Positions 6,688 through 14,782 of a DNA stretch of 33,442 nt are shown here, piece after piece. Origin of the DNA: a virus (taxonomy: Duplodnaviria; Caudoviricetes). The position numbers and the translations under genes are program-made. The notes beneath the pieces were generated by a model. That model was given only the letters and a program-made list of their open reading frames with translations. It had not been told where the DNA came from and did no database searches. Numbering within the stretch: position 1 is the first letter of the stretch; every line of letters starts with the position of its first letter. Where the stretch lies: positions 1 to 33,442 of IMG/VR virus record IMGVR_UViG_3300033067_000585. One strand, written 5' to 3'.

Positions 6688-8325
6688 TTACCTGTTTCCG
6701 ATAAAACACGCTTTCAGCTTTTCCTTTATCTTTTCGACTAAATATTTGTATGTTCTCGGTACTCCTTCACGTAAAATATTTACAAAACCATAATATTTTT
6801 TCAAATATTCCATTATTTTAGGCTCTAAAGTTCCGTTTTTAATTCGGCTTTCGTAAATAGTTACAGGAACTCGATTCAATTTCCATAAGTCGATGTATTT
6901 ATCGATTATGATTTTAAAGTATTCGTTTTTTGAATTAGAAGTTCTTTGAACGAATTCGGCAATTTTCTTTCCGTTCGGCATAGGAATAGAATTCAGAGCG
7001 GTCGTTCTTATTTTCATTCGCTCGTTTTCTTGCTCCTCATTTATTCCACCTATTGGTATTCTTATTTGCGGTTGATTCTTATGTCCGCAGTCGGGACAGT
7101 CGTCGGAGTTCTGCCCAATCCAATTATATCCGCATTTTTCGCATTGAATTAAAAGTTCTTTTTTCTTTTTTTCGGGGATTAACCCATTAAAGAATATATT
7201 TCGCCAATCTATATCATCGGACCATTTACCTAATCGGGAAACATTACCGCCCAAATCTATGACTATAAAATTATCCTTAAAAATCAAATCCGAAGTTCTA
7301 GCCCCACGACCAACTATTTGATGCCATAAAGACAGCGATTTCGTCGGTCTGTTTATAATTATACACTCCACTTCTTTTACGTCAAACCCAGTCGTAAACG
7401 TTCCAGTTGAAACTAATATCGCACCATCTGTTTCCTTAAACCATTCGACTACCTTAACACGTTCGCTAGAATCATTATTTACAGAGTCATACGATTTAAT
7501 CTGATAATCTTTAAACGTATTTACTAGAGAAAGATTCTGTTTCGTTGAAGCTGTGAAAATCATTGTCTTTTTGCCTTTTGCCTTTTCTTCGTATTCTTGT
7601 AGAACATTATCATCGTGCTTTACTGATTCCTCAGCAATTTCGTTTTCGTCGAAATCGTCATCGCCTTTCGCTTTTAATTCGGAATAATAATCGTATGAGA
7701 AAATCACCTCATCGACAAGGCTTCCTTCCTCGATTAATTTCGAAATAGGTATTCCAGTGATAATGTTATCGTACGTCTGACTCATGGTTACTGGCGCACC
7801 CCATTTATCTACATGCTCGTTGTAGCAACAGATTTCTCTCGTGTCATACTTTCGCTCGCAGTAGTTACATTTATAATAGGTGATTCTTTTATTAATAATT
7901 GGGGTGGCAGTAAATCCTACACGCTTACAACCTTTAAATAAGTCGAATGTTTTTAAGTGTATTTGCTCGTGAGCCTCATCGATAATCATTAGGCCAATAT
8001 CTAAAGACGTTTTTCTGGACCAGATAGTCTGAGTCATTCCTACATAGACATCGGTTTTAAAATCATTTTTAGATTTCGCAGTGATTTTCTCGTTTAAAAT
8101 ACCGAATTTTGCAAGAGTTTGTGACGTTTGATTTACTAGTTCGTCACGATGTACCGAAACAAGAACTTTTTTATTTGGGTTTTTAGAAATCCACTGACGA
8201 ATAAAATCCGACATAATCACTGTCTTGCCAGATCCCGTTGCTGATTGACAAAGTACTGAATCTAATTCCTTCAAATTATCGAATATAGATTCAATCATTT
8301 CGCTCTGGTAGTATCTTAAAGTCAT
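6688..8325 (-). CDS. SF2 DEAH-box helicase with C-terminal zinc ribbon
   Basis: LRYYQ, SATGSGKT, IIDEAH, GFTATP, TTGFD, QIVGRGAR; CEKC...CPDC. Confidence 0.92.
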   Translation of the reverse strand: MTLRYYQSEMIESIFDNLKELDSVLCQSATGSGKTVIMSDFIRQWISKNPNKKVLVSVHRDELVNQTSQTLAKFGILNEKITAKSKNDFKTDVYVGMTQTIWSRKTSLDIGLMIIDEAHEQIHLKTFDLFKGCKRVGFTATPIINKRITYYKCNYCERKYDTREICCYNEHVDKWGAPVTMSQTYDNIITGIPISKLIEEGSLVDEVIFSYDYYSELKAKGDDDFDENEIAEESVKHDDNVLQEYEEKAKGKKTMIFTASTKQNLSLVNTFKDYQIKSYDSVNNDSSERVKVVEWFKETDGAILVSTGTFTTGFDVKEVECIIINRPTKSLSLWHQIVGRGARTSDLIFKDNFIVIDLGGNVSRLGKWSDDIDWRNIFFNGLIPEKKKKELLIQCEKCGYNWIGQNSDDCPDCGHKNQPQIRIPIGGINEEQENERMKIRTTALNSIPMPNGKKIAEFVQRTSNSKNEYFKIIIDKYIDLWKLNRVPVTIYESRIKNGTLEPKIMEYLKKYYGFVNILREGVPRTYKYLVEKIKEKLKACFIGNR

Positions 8326-8350
8326 AATATTTTTTTAAGGTTATAGCCTT

Positions 8351-8707
8351 TTATTTTTTATTAATTATTCTATGAACTGTTGCTTCGATAGTCTTATTGT
8401 CTTTATTCCAAGCCTCTACTATTTGAGAAAGTGCTACTTTCGAAGGTAGTTTCTGAAGCGAAATAAATTTTATCAATTTAGAATACTCGTTTAAAATCTG
8501 CAGCGTTTCTTCTTGTCCGTTTCCAAACACAATATTGTAATCTCTCTCGGCTAATGGCGCAATCTCTTTAATTAAGGAATTTAGTTGCTGTTTTAATCTC
8601 TGTTTATTGTAATGCGTTCCTTGTAGTTCTTCGAGATTCTCCAATAATAATTGAAGCATAACAACCGATTCTAATAATACCAATAAATTACTTTCTGATT
8701 TTTCCAT
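8351..8707 (-). CDS. hypothetical helical protein
   Basis: ORF track; co-oriented in the operon. Confidence 0.7.
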   Translation of the reverse strand: MEKSESNLLVLLESVVMLQLLLENLEELQGTHYNKQRLKQQLNSLIKEIAPLAERDYNIVFGNGQEETLQILNEYSKLIKFISLQKLPSKVALSQIVEAWNKDNKTIEATVHRIINKK

Positions 8708-8807
8708 TTTTTATAATTTTTCTGTATAAATTATTTACTCTCTCTGAATTAATCCCTCTTTTATAGTAGAAGTTTAAAACTCTAATGATTCGTTGTTTCT
8801 CAGTCAT
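8688..8807 (-). CDS. small basic protein, 39 aa (MTEKQRIIRVLNFYYKRGINSERVN...)
   Basis: Read manually; overlaps both neighbours and fills the gap between them. Confidence 0.6.
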   Translation of the reverse strand: MTEKQRIIRVLNFYYKRGINSERVNNLYRKIIKNGKIRK

Positions 8808-9174
8808 TTTTTTCGATTTGTTTAATTGCGAAATTTGCATAGTCAATTATTTTTTTAAAGTCAATCAGATCTTGGTCTTTTTTTCTCCAGTTATATTTAT
8901 CGATATTAAAACGACAGCAAGCCAATATTTCTTCTTTCGTCATATTTGCTTCCGAACGCTCAAAAGTATCGATTCCGATTTGATATTGCTCAGGCTTTCC
9001 AGAAGGCTGTGAATCATACATTTTCTTCCAATAATAATATCCTTCTTTTGTAGTATTCCAGTTAAATGCGTCAGTTAAGTCGTCGCTGGTAAATTCGTAA
9101 TAAGTTTGGTTTGCGTCTTGTCTGTAAGTTTCTGCGTTGAATCTTACATCTCTAGGTAGTTCACTAATTTTCAT
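8800..9174 (-). CDS. DUF3310-like (SaV / T7 gp1.7-related) domain protein with N-terminal extension
   Basis: YQIGIDTF....MTKEEI..CCRFNIDKYNWRKK....DFKKIIDY resembles the DUF3310 consensus. Confidence 0.6.
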   Translation of the reverse strand: MKISELPRDVRFNAETYRQDANQTYYEFTSDDLTDAFNWNTTKEGYYYWKKMYDSQPSGKPEQYQIGIDTFERSEANMTKEEILACCRFNIDKYNWRKKDQDLIDFKKIIDYANFAIKQIEKND

Positions 9175-9382
9175 AATTCATTTTTGATTCAAAGATTAAA
9201 TAATTTGCTCTTGGGTTGAATTTAACGTATGCAATTATAGCATTTGCTTTTTCTTGGCAATAATAATATTTTCCTTTTAATATATAGTCAGGAAAAATCT
9301 CCAAAAGTTCGGAGCGTGAGCGAATAGCCCTTTCTGACAGCTTTGCTATTTCGCCAATCTCTTTTCGGTTTAAATAATTCAT
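9164..9382 (-). CDS. putative HTH DNA-binding protein (likely start ATG 9382)
   Basis: NRKEIGEIAKLSERAIRSR is HTH-like; the ORF-track start at 9412 lies in the promoter box. Confidence 0.55.
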   Translation of the reverse strand: MNYLNRKEIGEIAKLSERAIRSRSELLEIFPDYILKGKYYYCQEKANAIIAYVKFNPRANYLIFESKMNYEN

Positions 9383-9409
9383 ATTTCTAGTTTTTAAATT
9401 TTGATTCGA

Positions 9410-9472
9410 CAAAGATATATTTAAAAAAAAGAAACAAAAAATTTTTTTAATAAAACTTTTGTTATATATTTG
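9410..9472. promoter_or_regulatory. divergent promoters: TATCTTTG on - (9410-9417) and TATATTTG on + (9465-9472)
   Basis: Two TAnnTTTG boxes facing outward at the strand switch; degenerate copy of the 25-bp element at 9432-9454. Confidence 0.75.
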
Positions 9473-9495
9473 TCAAAAATTAAACCAATAACATT

Positions 9496-9714
9496 ATGGA
9501 ATTAGAGAAAAAAATACACGATGCATTAATTAGTCACGTTGGCGGAAACGCTAAAGACGTAAAAGGAATCAGCGGAACCCAGCTCACTAAAATGAAGCAA
9601 GGTAAATCTGGAATCAGTACTAAAAAATTAAAGGAAGTATTAAAAGCCAACGGAATGATTGGCAAACTAGAGTTAGATTCAAACGGCTTGAAAATTATTA
9701 TTAACCTATTTTAA
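9496..9714 (+). CDS. putative Cro/XRE-like HTH regulator
   Basis: GISGTQLTKMKQGKSGISTKKLKEVL resembles the XRE recognition helix region; first gene of the + operon. Confidence 0.55.
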   Translation: MELEKKIHDALISHVGGNAKDVKGISGTQLTKMKQGKSGISTKKLKEVLKANGMIGKLELDSNGLKIIINLF

Positions 9715-9726
9715 ATCAGAAAAAAA

Positions 9727-10242
9727 ATGGAAACTAAAACAGACTGGAGAAAATTCAGAAAATCAACGCATTTAGCATCGGCAGATCTCGATGCTATGGA
9801 AACCGACGGAAAGCCACTAATTTTTACTATTAAAGAAGTAAAATTCGAAACAGGTGTAGACGTTTCTGGTACCAAAATGGACGGCGTGTTTTGCTACTTT
9901 GTAGAACCTATTAAACCATTAAAGCTAAATTCTACTAACAATAAAATTTTAGCTGGATTCGCAAAGAAAAACGGATTAATCGGCAAGGAATGTCATATCA
10001 TCGAGAATTGGAAAGGTATGCGAATCGAGTTATTTGTCGACCATAACGTGAAAATGATGGGAGCCATTACGGACGGGGTTCGTATTAAACCAATCCAGCC
10101 AGTAGATGCTAGCAAAAAACCTATTTTTACCGAAGCTAATTTCGAAGCAGCGAAAACGGCAAAAGCTACTATCGAGCAAATCAGATCAAAGTACGAATTA
10201 TCAAAAGAATTGGAAACTAAATATTTGGAATATGCAAAATAA
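9727..10242 (+). CDS. putative ssDNA-annealing/binding partner of the exonuclease
   Basis: TDW.K.....L...DL, FTIKEV, KPLKLNSTN.K, W.G..I.L, DGVRI family; position immediately before YqaJ (inference). Confidence 0.55.
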   Translation: METKTDWRKFRKSTHLASADLDAMETDGKPLIFTIKEVKFETGVDVSGTKMDGVFCYFVEPIKPLKLNSTNNKILAGFAKKNGLIGKECHIIENWKGMRIELFVDHNVKMMGAITDGVRIKPIQPVDASKKPIFTEANFEAAKTAKATIEQIRSKYELSKELETKYLEYAK

Positions 10243-10852
10243 TGAACAACGCTCGGAAGGTTGGCACCTACAACGTCATGGTAAATTCACAGCTAGTGAA
10301 ATCCATAAATTAATGGGGATTAAAGGATTAGGCGAAACTGGTAAATCATACGCTATCGATAAAGCTATCGAGCAACTATATGGAGATACCGAAGAAAGTT
10401 TCATTTCGTATGATATGCAACGTGGAATTGAATTGGAACCTTTAGCCTTTGCGAAGTTTAAACAATTAAAATCTCTCGAATTTATAGAAGTCGAGAATTG
10501 TAATTTCTTCGAACACGACGAAAACTCAGGGGCGTCTCCAGACGGATTAGTTGGAACAGAGGCGATTCTTGAAATAAAATGCCCTAAAAACAGCAACTTT
10601 TTTAGACTAGTAGCTGAAGAAGAAATTTCAAAACCATATTACTATCAGATGCAAATGCAGATGATGTGTACGGGAAGGAAAAAAGCCTATTTCTTCAACT
10701 ATATAGTAATCGATGGAACAGAATTTTATCACACTATAGAATTAGAAGCAGATGAAGAAGTTCAAGAACTAATGAAATCGAGAATTGAACAAGCAGTAGA
10801 GATTAAAAATGAGTATATTAATAAATTAAAACAAAACAAACAATGGAAGTAA
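10232..10852 (+). CDS. YqaJ / lambda-exonuclease family viral recombinase (start ATG 10232)
   Basis: QRSEGW..QR.GKFTAS, MQRG.ELEP.A, GASPDG, LEIKCP, YYYQMQMQM. Confidence 0.92.
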   Translation: MQNNEQRSEGWHLQRHGKFTASEIHKLMGIKGLGETGKSYAIDKAIEQLYGDTEESFISYDMQRGIELEPLAFAKFKQLKSLEFIEVENCNFFEHDENSGASPDGLVGTEAILEIKCPKNSNFFRLVAEEEISKPYYYQMQMQMMCTGRKKAYFFNYIVIDGTEFYHTIELEADEEVQELMKSRIEQAVEIKNEYINKLKQNKQWK

Positions 10853-11097
10853 ACAAAATTTATGTCAGCGGATTAGGGAAATCTGCATTTGGAATTGTAA
10901 ACGACGTGGCAGAAACTCCAGCTTTGGTAATCAGCGATATTATCGGAGAACCGCAGAAAATAGATTCTGTATGTAAAGACATAAGCACTAAAAATCATAC
11001 TATTGTAATATTCAAAAATCTAGAGGGATTAAAAGTGTTAGAAAAAACAATTAAGAAAATCAAAAAAACTTTAAAACAACAAGAAAAAATTAAATAG
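10843..11097 (+). CDS. hypothetical protein
   Basis: ORF track; overlaps the exonuclease stop. Confidence 0.7.
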   Translation: MEVNKIYVSGLGKSAFGIVNDVAETPALVISDIIGEPQKIDSVCKDISTKNHTIVIFKNLEGLKVLEKTIKKIKKTLKQQEKIK

Positions 11098-11098
11098 T

Positions 11099-11371
11099 AT
11101 GGAAGTAGTAGGAATTATCAAGCAAGTTCAAGAAGTTACAGAAAAAGGAACTTTTAAAAGTAGAAATGTAGTCGTAACAACAGAAGAACAATACCCGCAA
11201 CATATTTCGGTTCAGTTCGTTCAAGATAAAGTCGGATTGCTAGACACGTTTGCGGAAGGTCAGAAAGTAAAAGTCGCAATTAATTTACGTGGCCGAGAAT
11301 GGGTCAATCCTCAAGGCGAATCGGTTTACTTTAATACGATTCAAGGCTGGAAAATAGAAGCAGCTTTTTAG
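11099..11371 (+). CDS. ssb: DUF3127 single-stranded DNA-binding protein (Bacteroidota type)
   Basis: TEEQYPQHI...F.QDK, V.V.INLRGREW.NPQG...YFNTIQGWKI. Confidence 0.85.
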   Translation: MEVVGIIKQVQEVTEKGTFKSRNVVVTTEEQYPQHISVQFVQDKVGLLDTFAEGQKVKVAINLRGREWVNPQGESVYFNTIQGWKIEAAF

Positions 11372-11377
11372 AAATTC

Positions 11378-11416
11378 AAAACCCCGATTATACAATCAAG
11401 TTAATCGGGGTTTTTT
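11378..11416. terminator. bidirectional intrinsic terminator between convergent genes
   Basis: 13-bp stem AAAACCCCGATTA / TAATCGGGGTTTT. Confidence 0.85.
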
Positions 11417-11453
11417 ATCAGAATTAAAAAAATAGAAACTTCTGTAAAAGTAA

Positions 11454-12611
11454 TTAAAAAATATGTGTAATTCTAGCGATTTGCCCAAAATCTTTTGAGT
11501 GAATAAATCCTTCTACTGCTTTCGGAGCATGTTGATACCCGTTTCTGTGATGCCAACTATCTGTTCCACTAGGGCTTCTTAAACTCTCAACGCAAACTCC
11601 CATATAATCCTTGCTGTTTTTATGATGTACGTGATGCGTGTAGATATATCGATGCTTTGATTTACTCCATTGCTCTGCTTCGTGCGCCATTAATAAAGGC
11701 AGATCTGTAACCTTCGCCCCGTCTCCATGTGTAGTTCCGATTAAACTATTCCCGTAAGTAAAATATTTACGATGTGCGATACTACAATCGAACGTGATAT
11801 TTTTACAATCCTTGAAATACGTTTCGATTACTTGGGCCAAAAAGAACCCGTTTGTATAATCGTGATTTGAAGGATTAAAAACGAAATGCACGTCGGCTAT
11901 CGGAAGTAAAATTTCTAAAATATCGGTGTATAGTTTCTTTGCTATTAAAAAATTTGTATGCCACATTCCGTCAGTATCTTGCGGAGTTCCGCTTGTTGTA
12001 GTTCGCCAAGGATTATCAATGTGTAAAATATCGTTTCCACCGACGAAAACTATTTTATCTATATGGAAACACGAAACCTTATTTAATATTCCACGTACAC
12101 CGCTCAATACACGCTGAACTGCTATTTGATTATTGTAAGCCTCGCCATTTTCGAAAGCCGAAGCGAGTTTTCCGATATGAATATCAGCTGGGTCAATTAT
12201 TAGCAAATATCCTTCCGAGTTCTCAATCCTTTCTAGCTTCGGGAATTTAGGAACGTAATTTTGTAAGTCCTTAATCAGCTCGGATTTTAGATCTGAGATT
12301 TTAGTCAGCTCCTGCTCTACATAATTTGGATTTTTTACGAAAAGTGAAGCCTATTTGTTCTTAATCCACATATGTTTTACGCTAGTATTATCCACGTCTA
12401 GTGAATTAGTTGCGTCATATGTTCCTTCGTATTCGTCAAGAAACCTTCTTCTGTTTCTTTCGATATATTTTGCTAATGCTTCGGTATCAAAACAAGTAAA
12501 TTCAATATTATGCTTTTTAAATATTAGTTTTGCAAGTTCGCTTTTATTTATTTCTCTGTTGCTTTGTAATGATTCTGATAAATCATCATCGTAAATGGAC
12601 CATTTTGACAT
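11454..12611 (-). CDS. calcineurin-like metallophosphoesterase (385 codons) interrupted by one in-frame TAG at 12351-12353
   Basis: Track ORFs 12351-12611 and 11454-12206 share a frame and the 12207-12350 gap is open (ASLFVKNPNY...IENSEGY); motifs DIH, GND, NHD, HGD, HVHH. Confidence 0.8.
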
Positions 12612-12632
12612 ATATTTCTTTTTTTAAATTAC

Positions 12633-12658
12633 AAAAAAAGCCATAGATTAACTATGGC
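12633..12658 (-). terminator. intrinsic terminator after the lysis cassette
   Basis: GCCATAG/CTATGGC stem followed by T7 on the minus strand. Confidence 0.75.
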
Positions 12659-12687
12659 CTCGTTGGTTTATATATTCCGCTGAATAA

Positions 12688-13317
12688 TTATTTTATAAGT
12701 ACTGCGCCACCGATTACACCAATACCAATTTTAAATAAATTCGTATCGTACCACTTTTTTTTAGGTGTATTCTGAATGTGTTTTATTTCTTCGGTCTTAA
12801 TTAGTACGTTTGAATGTAATACATCGACTGTTTCCGTTTCTTTTCCTAGAAACCATTTTCGCTTTTTACCAGTAATTATAGTCACAGTGTCTGGAACTAC
12901 TAAATTTGATAACTTAATCCCTTTCTGAGTAGTAATATAGTTCAGTGAGTAGTTGTTATTTTTTACAGTTCCTACACGTCTGAAGTTACATTTAACAGTG
13001 TCCTTGTAAACTATTTTCAAAGTGTCGATTCTTAAAACTTCTTTTATTTTAGTCACCGTTCGTACTTCAGAGAATTTTTTTGCTAGTTCGTTTTCTTTAT
13101 CAGATAGCGATTTCTTTAATTGCTCGTTATCAAACTGCAGACTTTTATTGCTAGCAACCAGCGTTCCGTCTTTCAGTTTATAATTAGTCAATTCACTCTG
13201 TAATGCCTCAACGTTTTTCTTTTGCGTTAATTCATTTGCTTTTTTCGAAATGATAATCGAAGTTAGTGCCATTATTGACACGATGTAAATCCAGGTTTTT
13301 TTTAAATAATCTCTCAT
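12688..13317 (-). CDS. membrane-anchored lysis accessory protein (spanin-like candidate)
   Basis: N-terminal TM, coiled coil, C-terminal KKWY...hydrophobic Gly-rich tail; directly after the endolysin. Confidence 0.55.
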   Translation of the reverse strand: MRDYLKKTWIYIVSIMALTSIIISKKANELTQKKNVEALQSELTNYKLKDGTLVASNKSLQFDNEQLKKSLSDKENELAKKFSEVRTVTKIKEVLRIDTLKIVYKDTVKCNFRRVGTVKNNNYSLNYITTQKGIKLSNLVVPDTVTIITGKKRKWFLGKETETVDVLHSNVLIKTEEIKHIQNTPKKKWYDTNLFKIGIGVIGGAVLIK

Positions 13318-13841
13318 AATGTTCTAAAGTTTAGTTCTGCGTTTCTTAATTTAATATGATAGCCCTTTTCTTTGTATTTGGGCCCATTGTAATAATTTGC
13401 GAATGTAGCCCAGTCTTTAGTTTTTAAGGCTCTAAATATTCTCACGTCGGTAGCTATAAAACGAAGCCCAAGCCATAGCTGATTCTTTTCGGATTTCTTT
13501 GCGAAATCAACCATCGAACCTACTGACTCGAATCCTAATCGCTTCCAGTGTAATCCCATTACTTGCATACATCCCCAAGACGTGGATTCCATTGCCTTAT
13601 TAGGGTTCTTTGCGAAAGCCTTATTAAAAGCCAACCACTCTGCTTCTTGTCCTTCTACACCGTTTTTTATAAACAATCTTGTTAATCGTTTAAACCAACT
13701 AGGCTCGAATTGAATCTTTATTTTACCAGTCTTTTTATCGAAACCAGATCCACTGCTTTCTACAAGCTGTATTGCTTTTATTGAAGCGACTGGAATTCCA
13801 AAACTAATCGAAAGATTTTTAAACTCGTTTTCTGTTATCAT
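13314..13841 (-). CDS. endolysin, N-acetylmuramidase (DUF3380 family); likely start ATG 13841
   Basis: AI..VES.G.GF, IQFEPSWF, AMESTSWG.MQVMG, W..FA..YNGP.Y....Y..KL. Confidence 0.9.
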   Translation of the reverse strand: MITENEFKNLSISFGIPVASIKAIQLVESSGSGFDKKTGKIKIQFEPSWFKRLTRLFIKNGVEGQEAEWLAFNKAFAKNPNKAMESTSWGCMQVMGLHWKRLGFESVGSMVDFAKKSEKNQLWLGLRFIATDVRIFRALKTKDWATFANYYNGPKYKEKGYHIKLRNAELNFRTL

Positions 13842-14080
13842 GGTTTCATAAATATTTTCTGAAGGAATATCCAGCACAATTGAAAAACTGCCCCACCTGC
13901 GAAAGCTAAAGCTGAAAACTTCGCTAGGTAAACTTTTTCACGAGTCAAAAGATTTTCCAAATCGGCATCGATTCGAGATACTTTCTCGACAAGCCCCTCT
14001 TGTTTTGTTTTTGGGTCGGATTCTAAATAGTAAAGAATCCTATCGACTTTCTGATTCAAATCTTTAAACTCGGTATTCAT
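13838..14080 (-). CDS. putative holin/antiholin (coiled coil plus C-terminal TM)
   Basis: Upstream of the endolysin with ATGA overlap; hydrophobic C-terminus. Confidence 0.55.
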   Translation of the reverse strand: MNTEFKDLNQKVDRILYYLESDPKTKQEGLVEKVSRIDADLENLLTREKVYLAKFSALAFAGGAVFQLCWIFLQKIFMKP

Positions 14081-14266
14081 TTAATTTTCTTCTTTTAGGA
14101 ATACATTAATTGCGTTCATAATTCCCGAAATACCAACTCTACAAATTAATATTTCCATGCTATTCTCGGCATAACCTAAAGCCAAAAGCATCACAACTGC
14201 AGTATCTGAAAGTATAGAAACTGCGTTTTTCGTTTTACTGAACCATGTAGGTTTTTTTCTTCTCAT
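14081..14266 (-). CDS. putative holin (two hydrophobic segments, basic N-terminus)
   Basis: MRRKKPTW then two hydrophobic stretches; first gene of the lysis cassette. Confidence 0.55.
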   Translation of the reverse strand: MRRKKPTWFSKTKNAVSILSDTAVVMLLALGYAENSMEILICRVGISGIMNAINVFLKEEN

Positions 14267-14269
14267 TTT

Positions 14270-14278
14270 GTAAAGATA
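14270..14278 (-). promoter_or_regulatory. putative promoter variant TATCTTTAC for the lysis cassette
   Basis: TAnnTTTA box 4 nt before the ATG at 14266; same spacing as at 23449-23457. Confidence 0.45.
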
Positions 14279-14290
14279 TAATTTTTTTTA

Positions 14291-14782
14291 TTAAAATAAA
14301 CAATCGTATGAATTTACTATATAACCAGAATTATCCATAAGTAAATTTGAAGTATTACCCGTTGCTGAATCATAGAAAAGAAACCATTTGTAATTTCCGT
14401 TAAAAGGTGTAGTCAAAGCTGCATCCGCAAAAAATCTACCAGTACTAATTTGTTTATAAGCATTTCCTGCCCAATCCGCAAAATGACTACAAGCCTCAAG
14501 CCCCGTATTAAATCCTATTGTCCTAGTGTATATTATATAAGGAACTCCACTCACCCAAACGCTTTTCGGAACTAACTGATTGTTAGCATAAGCACTCATT
14601 GCGCTAGAACTCAAATTGTATTTAGTCAGTGCGTCGTTCTTCGTCATACACTGATTAGAATTTACACCAGACTGGCCAGAATTTAGGGAAAACCCTAAAG
14701 ACTGTGCCGCTGTAAATGTTACCATTTGATTTGACGCTTGGCCAAATGTAAATGCCGAAAATAATATTAAAAAGTATTTCAT
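14291..14782 (-). CDS. signal-peptide-bearing fibre-associated protein
   Basis: MKYFLILFSAFTFG|Q N-terminus; three Cys; TAATG coupling to the fibre gene. Confidence 0.7.
   Translation of the reverse strand: MKYFLILFSAFTFGQASNQMVTFTAAQSLGFSLNSGQSGVNSNQCMTKNDALTKYNLSSSAMSAYANNQLVPKSVWVSGVPYIIYTRTIGFNTGLEACSHFADWAGNAYKQISTGRFFADAALTTPFNGNYKWFLFYDSATGNTSNLLMDNSGYIVNSYDCLF

Noticed and set aside
10106-10231. N-terminal extension of the YqaJ ORF in the track
   Set aside because: It overlaps the upstream gene by more than 120 nt; family motifs begin at ATG 10232.
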